Shown here: positions 39,601-51,380 of the stretch, one piece after another
How positions within the stretch are numbered: position 1 is the first letter of the stretch
How the letters are laid out: every line of letters begins with the position of its first letter
Assembly: GCF_009914755.1 (NCBI RefSeq)
Contig: NC_060929.1
Direction: 5' to 3' (one strand)
Length of the DNA stretch: 64,000 bases
Source of the DNA: the human T2T-CHM13v2.0 reference genome, Homo sapiens
Program-made: the position numbers and the translations under genes
Notes under the pieces: generated by a model
What the model was told of the DNA's origin: nothing
Database searches by the model: none
Seen by the model: only the letters and a program-made list of their open reading frames with translations

Positions 39601-42600
39601 CGTATAAAAACTAGACAGAATCATTCTCAGAAACTGCTCTGCGATGTGTGCGTTCAACTCTCAGAGTTTAACTTTTCTTTTCATTCAGCAGTTTGGAAAC
39701 ACTCTGTTTGTAAAGTCTGCACGTGGATAATTTGACCACTTAGAGGCCTTCGTTGGAAACGGGTTTTTTTCATGTAAGGCTAGACAGAAGAATTCTCAGT
39801 AACTTCCTTGTGTTGTGTGTATTCAACTCACAGAGTTGAACGATCCTTTACACAGAGCAGACTTGTAACACTCTTTTTGTGGAATTTGCAAGTGGAGATT
39901 TCAGCCGCTTTGAAGTCAAAGGTAGAAAAGGAAATATCTTCCTATAAAAACTAGACAGAATGATTCTCAGAAACTCCTTTGTGATGTGTGCGTTCAACTC
40001 ACAGAGTTTAACCTTTCTTTTCATAGAGCAGTTAGGAAACACTCTGCTTGTAAAGTCTGCAAGTGGATATTCAGACCTCTTTGAGGCCTTCGTTGGAAAC
40101 GGGTTTTTTTCATATAAGGCTAGACAGAAGAATTCCCAGTAACTTCCTTGTGTTGTGTGTGTTCAACTCACAGAGTTGAACTTTGATTTACACAGAGCAG
40201 ATTTGAAACACTCTTTTTGTGGAATTTGCAAGTGGAGATTTCAAGCGCTTTGAGGCCAAAGGCAGAAAAGGAAATATCTTCGTATAAAAACTAGACAGAA
40301 TCATTCTCAGAAACTGCTCTGCGATGTGTGCGTTCAACTCTCAGAGTTTAACTTTTCTTTTCATTCAGCAGTTTGGAAACACTCTGTTTGTAAAGTCTGC
40401 ACGTGGATATTTTGACCACTTAGAGGCCTTCGTTGGAAACGGGTTTTTTTCCTGTAAGGCTAGACAGAAGAATTCCCAGTAACTTCCTTGTGTTGTGTAC
40501 ATTCAACTCACAGAGTTGAACGTTCCCTTAGACAGAGCAGATTTGAAACACTCTTTTTGTGCAATTGGCAAGTGGAGATTTCAAGCGCTTTAAGGTCAAT
40601 GGCAGAAAAGGAAATATCTTCGTTTCAAAACTAGACAGAATCATTCCCACAAACTGCGTTGTGATGTGTTCGTTCATCTCACAGAGTTTAACCTTTCTTT
40701 TCATAGAGCAGTTAGGAAACAGTCTGTTTGTAAATTCTGTAAGTGGATATTCTGACATCTTGTGGCCTTCGTTGGAAACGGGATTTCTTCATATTCTGCT
40801 AGACAGAAGAATTCTCAGAATCTTCCTTGTGTTGTGTGTATTCAACTCACAGAGTTGAACGATGGTTTACACAGAGCAGATTTGAAACACTCTTTTTGTG
40901 GAATTTGCAAGTGGAGATTTCAGCCGCTTTTTGGTCAATGGTAGAAAAGGAAATATCTTCGTATAAAAACTAGACAGAATGATTCTCAGAAACTTCTTTG
41001 TGATGTGTGCGTTGAACTCACAGAGTTTAACCTTTCTTTTCATAGAGCAGTTAGGAAACACTCTGTTTGTAAACTCTGCAAGTGGATATTCAGACCTCTT
41101 TGAGGCCTTCGTTGGAAACGGGATTTCTTCATACTGTGCTAGACAGAAGAATTCTCAGTAACTTCCTTGTGTTGTGTGTATTCAACTCACAGAGTTGACC
41201 GATCCTTTACACAGAGCAGACTTGTAACACTCTTTTTGTGGAATTTGCAAGTGGAGATTTCAGCCGCTTTGAAGTCAAAGGTAGAAAACGGAATATCTTC
41301 CTATAAAAACTAGACAGAATGATTCTCAGAAACTCCTTTGTGATGTGTGCGTTCAACTCACAGAGTTTAACCTTTCTTTTCATAGAGCAGTTAGGAAACA
41401 CTCTGTTTCTAAAGTCTGCAAGTGGATATTCAGACCTCTTTGAGGCCTTCGTTGGAAACGGGTTTTTTTCATATAAGGCTAGAGAGAAGAATTCCCAGTA
41501 ACTTCCTTGTGTTGTGTGTGTTCAACTCACAGAGTTGAACTTTCATTTACACAGAGCAGATTTGAAACACTCTTTTTGTGGAATTTGCAAGTGGAGATTT
41601 CAAGCGCTGTGAGGCCAAAGGCAGAAAAGGAAATATCTTCGTATAAAAACTAGACAGAATCATTCTCAGAAACTGCTCTGCGATGTGTGCGTTCAACTCT
41701 CAGAGTTTAACTTTTCTTTTCATTCAGCAGTTTGGAAACACTCTGTTTGTAAAGTCTGCACGTGGATAATTTGACCACTTAGAGGCCTTCGTTGGAAACG
41801 GGTTTTTTTCATGTAAGGCTAGACAGAAGAATTCTCAGTAACTTCCTTGTGTTGTGTGTATTCAACTCACACAGTTGAACGATCCTTTACACAGAGCAGA
41901 CTTGTAACACTCTTTTTGTGGAATTTGCAAGTGGAGATTTCAGCCGCTTTGAAGTCAAAGGTAGAAAAGGAAATATCTTCCTATAAAAACTAGACAGAAT
42001 GATTCTCAGAAACTCCTTTGTGATGTGTGCGTTCAACTCACAGAGTTTAACCTTTCTTTTCATAGAGCAGTTAGGAAACACTCTGCTTGTAAAGTCTGCA
42101 AGTGGATATTCAGCCCTCTTTGAGGCCTTCGTTGGAAACGGGTTTTTTTCATATAAGGCTAGACAGAAGAATTCCCAGTAACTTCCTTGTGTTGTGTGTG
42201 TTCAACTCATAGAGTTGAACTTTCATTTACACAGAGCAGATTTGAAACACTCTTTTTGTGGAATTTGCAAGTGGAGATTTCAAGCGCTTTGAGGCCAAAG
42301 GCAGAAAAGGAAATATCTTCGTATAAAAACTAGACAGAATCATTCTCAGAAACTGCTCTGCGATGTGTGCGTTCAACTCTCAGAGTTTAACTTTTCTTTT
42401 CATTCAGCAGTTTGGAAACACTCTGTTTGTAAAGTCTGCACGTGGATATTTTGACCACTTAGAGGCCTTCGTTGGAAACGGGTTTTTTTCCTGTAAGGCT
42501 AGACAGAAGAATTCCCAGTAACTTCCTTGTGTTGTGTACATTCAACTCACAGAGTTGAACGTTCCCTTAGACAGAGCAGATTTGAAACACTCTTTTTGTG

Positions 42601-45600
42601 CAATTGGCAAGTGGAGATTTCAAGCGCTTTGAGGTCAATGGCAGAAAAGGAAATATCTTCGTTTCAAAACTAGACAGAATCATTCCCACAAACTGCGTTG
42701 TGATGTGTTCGTTCAACTCACAGAGTTTAACCTTTCTTTTCATAGAGCAGTTAGGAAACAGTCTGTTTGAAAATTCTGTAAGTGGATATTCTGACATCTT
42801 GTGGCCTTCGTTGGAAACGGGATTTCTTCATATTCTGCTAGACAGAAGAATTCTCAGAATCTTCCTTGTGTTCTGTGTATTCAACTCACAGAGTTGAACG
42901 ATGGTTTACACAGAGCAGATTTGAAACACTCATTTGGTGGAATTTGCAAGTGGAGATTTCAGCCGCTTTGAGGTCAATGGTAGAAAAGGAAATATCTTCG
43001 TATAACAACTAGACAGAATGATTCTCAGAAACTCCTTTGTGATGTGTGTGTTCAACTCACAGAGTTTAACCTTTCTTTTCATAGAGCAGTTAGGAAACAC
43101 TCTGTTTGTAAAGTCTGCAAGTGGATATTGAGACCTCTTTGAGGCCTTCGTTGGAAACGGGTTTTTTTCATATAAGGCTAGACAGAAGGATTCCCAGTAA
43201 CTTCCTTGTGTTGTGTGTGTTCAACTCACAGAGTTGAACTTTCATTTACAAAGAGCAGATTTGAAACACTCTTTTTGTGGAATTTGCAAGTGGAGATTTC
43301 AAGCGCTTTGAGGCCAAAGGCAGAAAAGGAAATATCTTCGTATAAAAACTAGACAGAATCATTCTCAGAAACTGCTCTGCGATGTGTGCGTTCAACTCTC
43401 AGAGTTTAACTTTTCTTTTCATTCAGCAGTTTGGAAACACTCTGTTTGTAAAGTCTGCACGTGGATAATTTGACCACTTAGAGGCCTTCGTTGGAAACGG
43501 GTTTTTTTCATGTAAGGCTAGACAGAAGAATTCTCAGTAACTTCCTTGTGTTGTGTGTATTCAACTCACAGAGTTGAACGATCCTTTACACAGAGCAGAC
43601 TTGTAACACTCTTTTTGTGGAATTTGCAAGTGGAGATTTCAGCCGCTTTGAAGTCAAAGGTAGAAAAGGAAATATCTTCCTATAAAAACTAGACAGAATG
43701 ATTCTCAGAAACTCCTTTGTGATGTGTGCGTTCAACTCACAGAGTTTAACCTTTCTTTTCATAGAGCAGTTAGGAAACACTCTGCTTGTAAAGTCTGCAA
43801 GTGGATATTCAGCCCTCTTTGAGGCCTTCGTTGGAAACGGGTTTTTTTCATATAAGGCTAGACAGAAGAATCCCCAGTAACTTCCTTGTGTTGTGTGTGT
43901 TCAACTCACAGAGTTGAACTTTGATTTACACAGAGCAGATTTGAAACACTCTTTTTGTGGAATTTGCAAGTGGAGATTTCAAGCGCTTTGAGGCCAAAGG
44001 CAGAAAAGGAAATATCTTCGTATAAAAACTAGACAGAATCATTCTCAGAAACTGCTCTGCGATGTGTGCGTTCAACTCTCAGAGTTTAACTTTTCTTTTC
44101 ATTCAGCAGTTTGGAAACACTCTGTTTGTAAAGTCTGCACGTGGATATTTTGACCACTTAGAGGCCTTCGTTGGAAACGGGTTTTTTTCCTGTAAGGCTA
44201 GACAGAAGAATTCCCAGTAACTTCCTTGTGTTGTGTACATTCAACTCACAGAGTTGAACGATCCCTTAGTCAGAGCAGATTTGAAACACTCTTTTTGTGC
44301 AATTGGCAAGTGGAGACTTCAAGCGCTTTAAGGTCAATGGCAGAAAAGGAAATATCTTCGTTTCAAAACTAGACAGAATCATTCCCACAAACTGCGTTGT
44401 GATGTGTTCGTTCATCTCACAGAGTTTAACCTTTCTTTTCATAGAGCAGTTAGGAAACAGTCTGTTTGTAAATTCTGTAAGTGGATATTCTGACATCTTG
44501 TGGCCTTCGTTGGAAACGGGATTTCTTCATATTCTGCTAGACAGAAGAATTCTCAGAATCTTCCTTGTGTTTTGTGTATTCAACTCACAGAGTTGAACGA
44601 TGGTTTACACAGAGCAGATTTGAAACACTCTTTTTGTGGAATTTGCAAGTGGAGATTTCAGCCGCTTTGAGGTCAATGGTAGAAAAGGAAATATCTTCGT
44701 ATAAAAACTAGACAGAATGATTCTCAGAAACTTCTTTGTGATGTGTGCGTTCAACTCACAGAGTTTAACCTTTCTTTTCATAGAGCAGTTATGAAACACT
44801 CTGTTTGTAAACTCTGCAAGTGGATATTCAGACCTCTTTGAGGCCTTCGTTGGAAACGGGATTTCTTCATACTGTGCTAGACAGAAGAATTCTCAGTAAC
44901 TTCCTTGTGTTGTGTGTATTCAACTCACAGAGTTGACCGATCCTTTACACAGAGCAGACTTGTAACACTCTTTTTGTGGAATTTGCAAGTGGAGATTTCA
45001 GCCGCTTTGAAGTCAAAGGTAGAAAAGGGAATATCTTCTAATAAAAACTAGACAGAATGATTCTCAGAAACTCCTTTGTGATGTGTGCGTTCAACTCACA
45101 GAGTTTAACCTTTCTTTTCATAGAGCAGTTAGGAAACACTCTGTTTCTAAAGTCTGCAAGTGGATATTCAGACCTCTTTGAGGCCTTCGTTGGAAACGGG
45201 TTTTTTTCATATAAGGCTAGAGAGAAGAATTCCCAGTAACTTCCTTGTGTTGTGTGTGTTCAACTCACAGAGTTGAACTTTCATTTACACAGAGCAGATT
45301 TGAAACACTCTTTTTGTGGAATTTGCAAGTGGAGATTTCAAGCGCTGTGAGGCCAAAGGCAGAAAAGGAAATATCTTCGTATAAAAACTAGACAGAATCA
45401 TTCTCAGAAACTGCTCTGCGATGTGTGCGTTCAACTCTCAGAGTTTAACTTTTCTTTTCATTCAGCAGTTTGGAAACACTCTGTTTGTAAAGTCTGCACG
45501 TGGATAATTTGACCACTTAGAGGCCTTCGTTGGAAACGGGTTTTTTTCATGTAAGGCTAGACAGAAGAGTTCTCAGTAACTTCCTTGTGTTGTGTGTATT

Positions 45601-48600
45601 CAACTCACACAGTTGAACGATCCTTTACACAGAGCAGACTTGTAACACTCTTTTTGTGGAATTTGCAAGTGGAGATTTCAGCCGCTTTGAAGTCAAAGTA
45701 GAAAAGGAAATATCTTCCTATAAAAACTAGACAGAAAGATTCTCAGAAACTCCTTTGTGATGTGTGCGTTCAACTCACAGAGTTTAACCTTTCTTTTCAT
45801 AGAGCAGTTAGGAAACACTCTGTTTGTAAAGTCTGCAAGTGGATATTCAGACCTCTTTGAGGCCTTCGTTGGAAACGGGTTTTTTTCATATAAGGCTAGA
45901 CAGAAGAATTCCCAGTAACTTCCTTGTGTTGTGTGTGTTCAACTCACAGAGTTGAACTTTCATTTACACAGAGCAGATTTGAAACACTCTTTTTGTGGAA
46001 TTTGCAGGTGGAGATTTCAAGCGCTTTGAGGCCAAAGGCAGAAAAGGAAATATCTTCGTATAAAAACTAGACAGAATCATTCTCAGAAACTGCTCTGCGA
46101 TGTGTGCGTTCAACTCTCGGAGTTTAACTTTTCTTTTCATTCAGCAGTTTGGAAACACTCTGTTTGTAAAGTCTGCACGTGGATAATTTGACCACTTAGA
46201 GGCCTTCGTTGGAAACGGGTTTTTTTCAAGTAAGGCTAGACAGAAGAATTCTCAGTAACTTCCTTGTGTTGTGTGTATTCAACTCACAGAGTTGAACGAT
46301 CCTTTACACAGAGCAGACTTGTAACACTCTTTTTGTGGAATTTGCAAGTGGAGATTTCAGCCGCTTTGAAGTCAAAGGTAGAAAAGGAAATATCTTCCTA
46401 TAAAAACTAGACAGAATGATTCTCAGAAACTCCTTTGTGATGTGTGCGTTCAACTCACAGAGTTTAACCTTTCTTTTCATAGAGCAGTTAGGAAACACTC
46501 TGCTTGTAAAGTCTGCAAGTGGATATTCAGCCCTCTTTGAGGCCTTCGTTGGAAACGGGTTTTTTTCATATAAGGCTAGACAGAAGAATTCCCAGTAACT
46601 TCCTTGTGTTGTGTGTGTTCAACTCACAGAGTTGAACTTTCATTTACACAGAGCAGATTTGAAACACTCTTTTTGTGGAATTTGCAAGTGGAGATTTCAA
46701 GCGCTTTGAGGCCAAAGGCAGAAAAGGAAATATCTTCGTATAAAAACTAGACAGAATCATTCTCAGAAACTGCTCTGCGATGTGTGCGTTCAACTCTCAG
46801 AGTTTAACTTTTCTTTTCATTCAGCAGTTTGGAAACACTCTGTTTGTAAAGTCTGCACGTGGATATTTTGACCACTTAGAGGCCTTCGTTGGAAACGGGT
46901 TTTTTTCCTGTAAGGCTAGACAGAAGAATTCCCAGTAACTTCCTTGTGTTGTGTACATTCAACTCACAGAGTTGAACGTTCCCTTAGACAGAGCAGATTT
47001 GAAACACTCTTTTTGTGCAATTGGCAAGTGGAGATTTCAAGCGCTTTAAGGTCAATGGCAGAAAAGGAAATATCTTCGTTTCAAAACTAGACAGAATCAT
47101 TCCCACAAACTGCGTTGTGATGTGTTCGTTCAACTCACAGAGTTTAACCTTTCTTTTCATAGAGCAGTTAGGAAACAGTCTGTTTGAAAATTCTGTAAGT
47201 GGATATTCTGACATCTTGTGGCCTTCGTTGGAAACGGGATTTCTTCATATTCTGCTAGACAGAAGAATTCTCAGAATCTTCCTTGTGTTGTGTGTATTCA
47301 ACTCACAGAGTTGAATGATGGTTTACACAGAGCAGATTTGAAACACTCATTTGGTGGAATTTGCAAGTGGAGATTTCAGCCGCTTTGAGGTCAATGGTAG
47401 AAAAAGAAATATCTTCGTATAACAACTAGACAGAATGATTCTCAGAAACTTCTTTGTGATGTGTGTGTTCAACTCACAGAGTTTAACCTTTCTTTTCATA
47501 GAGCAGTTAGGAAACACTGTGTTTTCAAACTCTGCAAGTGGATATTCAGACCTCTTTGAGGCCTTCGTTGGAAACGGGTTTCTTCATACTGTGCTAGACA
47601 GAAGAATTCTCAGTAAATTCCTTGTGTTGTGTGTATTCAACTCACAGAGTTGAACGATCCTTTACACAGGGCAGACTTGAAACACTCTTTTTGTGGAATT
47701 TGCAAGTGGAGATTTCAGCCGCGTTGAGGTCAATGGTAGAAAAGGAAATATCTTCGTATAAAAACTAGACAGAATGATTCTCAGAAACTCCTTTGTGATG
47801 TGTGTGTTCAACTCACAGAGTTTAACATTTCTGTTCATAGAGCAGTTAGGAAACACTCTGTTTGTAAAGTCTGCAAGTGGATATTCAGACCTCTTTGAGG
47901 CCTTCGTTGGAAACGGGTTTTTTTCATATAAGGCTAGACAGAAGAATTCCCAGTAACTTCCTTGTGTTGTGTGTGTTCCACTCACAGAGTTGAACTTTCG
48001 TTTACACAGAGCAGATTTGAAACACTCTTTTTGTGGAATTTGCAAATGGAGATTTCAAGCGCTTTGAGGCCAAAGGCAGAAAAGGAAATATCTTCGTATA
48101 AAAACTAGACAGAATCATTCTCAGAAACTGCTCTGCGATGTGTGCGTTCAACTCTCAGAGTTTAACTTTTCTTTTCATTCAGCAGTTTGGAAACACTCTG
48201 TTTGTAAAGTCTGCACGTGGATAATTTGACCACTTAGAGGCCTTCGTTGGAAACGGGTTTTTTTCATGTAAGGCTAGACAGAAGAATTCTCAGTAACTTC
48301 CTTGTGTTGTGTGTATTCAACTCACAGAGTTGAACGATCCTTTACACAGAGCAGACTTGTAACACTCTTTTTGTGGAATTTGCAAGTGGAGATTTCAGCC
48401 GCTTTGAAGTCAAAGGTAGAAAAGGAAATATCTTCCTATAAAAACTAGACAGAATGATTCTCAGAAACTCCTTTGTGATGTGTACGTTCAACTCACAGAG
48501 TTTAACCATTCTTTTCATAGAGCAGTTAGGAAACACTCTGTTTGTAAAGTCTGCAAGTGGATATTGAGACCTCTTTGAGGCCTTCGTTGGAAACGGGTTT

Positions 48601-51380
48601 TTTTCATATAAGGCTAGACAGAAGGATTCCCAGTAACTTCCTTGTGTTGTGTGTGTTCAACTCACAGAGTTGAACTTTCATTTACACAGAGCAGATTTGA
48701 AACACTCTTTTTGTGGAATTTGCAAGTGGAGATTTCAAGCGCTTTGAGGCCAAAGGCAGAAAAGGAAATATCTTCGTATAAAAACTAGACAGAATCATTC
48801 TCAGAAACTGCTCTGCGATGTGTGCGTTCAACTCTCAGAGTTTAACTTTTCTTTTCATTCAGCAGTTTGGAAACACTCTGTTTGTAAAGTCTGCACGTGG
48901 ATAATTTGACCACTTAGAGGCCTTCGTTGGAAACGGGTTTTTTTCATGTAAGGCTAGACAGAAGAATTCTCAGTAACTTCCTTGTGTTGTGTGTATTCAA
49001 CTCACAGAGTTGAACGATCCTTTACACAGAGCAGACTTGTAACACTCTTTTTGTGGAATTTGCAAGTGGAGATTTCAGCCGCTTTGAAGTCAAAGGTAGA
49101 AAAGGAAATATCTTCCTATAAAAACTAGACAGAATGATTCTCAGAAACTCCTTTGTGATGTGTGCGTTCAACTCACAGAGTTTAACCTTTCTTTTCATAG
49201 AGCAGTTAGGAAACACTCTGCTTGTAAAGTCTGCAAGTGGATATTCAGACCTCTTTGAGGCCTTCGTTGGAAACGGGTTTTTTTCATATAAGGCTAGACA
49301 GAAGAATTCCCAGTAACTTCCTTGTGTTGTGTGTGTTCAACTCACAGAGTTGAACTTTGATTTACACAGAGCAGATTTGAAACACTCTTTTTGTGGAATT
49401 TGCAAGTGGAGATTTCAAGCGCTTTGAGGCCAAAGGCAGAAAAGGAAATATCTTCGTATAAAAACTAGACAGAATCATTCTCAGAAACTGCTCTGCGATG
49501 TGTGCGTTCAACTCTCAGAGTTTAACTTTTCTTTTCATTCAGCAGTTTGGAAACACTCTGTTTGTAAAGTCTGCACGTGGATATTTTGACCACTTAGAGG
49601 CCTTCGTTGGAAACGGGTTTTTTTCCTGTAAGGCTAGACAGAAGAATTCCCAGTAACTTCCTTGTGTTGTGTACATTCAACTCACAGAGTTGAACGTTCC
49701 CTTAGACAGAGCAGATTTGAAAAACTCTTTTTGTGCAATTGGCAAGTGGAGATTTCAAGCGCTTTAAGGTCAATGGCAGAAAAGGAAATATCTTCGTTTC
49801 AAAACTAGACAGAATCATTCCCACAAACTGCGTTGTGATGTGTTCGTTCATCTCACAGAGTTTAACCTTTCTTTTCATAGAGCAGTTAGGAAACAGTCTG
49901 TTTGTAAATTCTGTAAGTGGATATTCTGACATCTTGTGGCCTTCGTTGGAAACGGGATTTCTTCATATTCTGCTAGACAGAAGAATTCTCAGAATCTTCC
50001 TTGTGTTGTGTGTATTCAACTCACAGAGTTGAACGATGGTTTACACAGAGCAGATTTGAAACACTCTTTTTGTGGAATTTGCAAGTGGAGATTTCAGCCG
50101 CTTTGAGGTCAATGGTAGAAAAGGAAATATCTTCGTATAAAAACTAGACAGAATGATTCTCAGAAACTTCTTTGTGATGTGTGCGTTCAACTCACAGAGT
50201 TTAACCTTTCTTTTCATAGAGCAGTTAGGAAACACTCTGTTTGTAAACTCTGCAAGTGGATATTCAGACCTCTTTGAGGCCTTCGTTGGAAACGGGATTT
50301 CTTCATACTGTGCTAGACAGAAGAATTCTCAGTAACTTCCTTGTGTTGTGTGTATTCAACTCACAGAGTTGACCGATCCTTTACACAGAGCAGACGTGTA
50401 ACACTCTTTTTGTGGAATTTGCAAGTGGAGATTTCAGCCGCTTTGAAGTCAAAGGTAGAAAACGGAATATCTTCCTATAAAAACTACACAGAATGATTCT
50501 CAGAAACTCCTTTGTGATGTGTGCGTTCAACTCACAGAGTTTCACCTTTCTTTTCATAGAGCAGTTAGGAAACACTCTGTTTCTAAAGTCTGCAAGTGGA
50601 TATTCAGACCTCTTTGAGGCCTTCGTTGGAAACGGGTTTTTTTCATATAAGGCTAGAGAGAAGAATTCCCAGTAACTTCCTTGTGTTGTGTGTGTTCAAC
50701 TCACAGAGTTGAACTTTCATTTACACAGAGCAGATTTGAAACACTCTTTTTGTGGAATTTGCAAGTGGAGATTTCAAGCGCTGTGAGGCCAAAGGCAGAA
50801 AAGGAAATATCTTCGTATAAAAACTAGACAGAATCATTCTCAGAAACTGCTCTGCGATGTGTGCGTTCAACTCTCAGAGTTTAACTTTTCTTTTCATTCA
50901 GCAGTTTGGAAACACTCTGTTTGTAAAGTCTGCACGTGGATAATTTGACCACTTAGAGGCCTTCGTTGGAAACGGGTTTTTTTCATGTAAGGCTAGACAG
51001 AAGAATTCTCAGTAACTTCCTTGTGTTGTGTGTATTCAACTCACACAGTTGAACGATCCTTTACACAGAGCAGACTTGTAACACTCTTTTTGTGGAATTT
51101 GCAAGTGGAGATTTCAGCCGCTTTGAAGTCAAAGGTAGAAAAGGAAATATCTTCCTATAAAAACTAGACAGAATGATTCTCAGAAACTCCTTTGTGATGT
51201 GTGCGTTCAACTCACAGAGTTTAACCTTTCTTTTCATAGAGCAGTTAGGAAACACTCTGCTTGTAAAGTCTGCAAGTGGATATTCAGCCCTCTTTGAGGC
51301 CTTCGTTGGAAACGGGTTTTTTTCATATAAGGCTAGACAGAAGAATTCCCAGTAACTTCCTTGTGTTGTGTGTGTTCAAC
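29214..51380 (+). repeat. Tandem duplication, 9,174-bp (54-monomer) unit, ~2.4 copies
   Basis: Rare variants recur at +9174: TTAGTCAGAG 35092/44266, TTATGAAAC (T at 35618/44792), CTTCTAATA ~35861/45035, ACTCATAG 33031/42205, AAAACGGAAT ~32111/41285/50459. ACCATTC (30161/39331/48505) and CAGGGCAG (~29323/38493/47667) have a first offset of 9170 because of a 4-bp deletion. End points are approximate. Confidence 0.9.
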
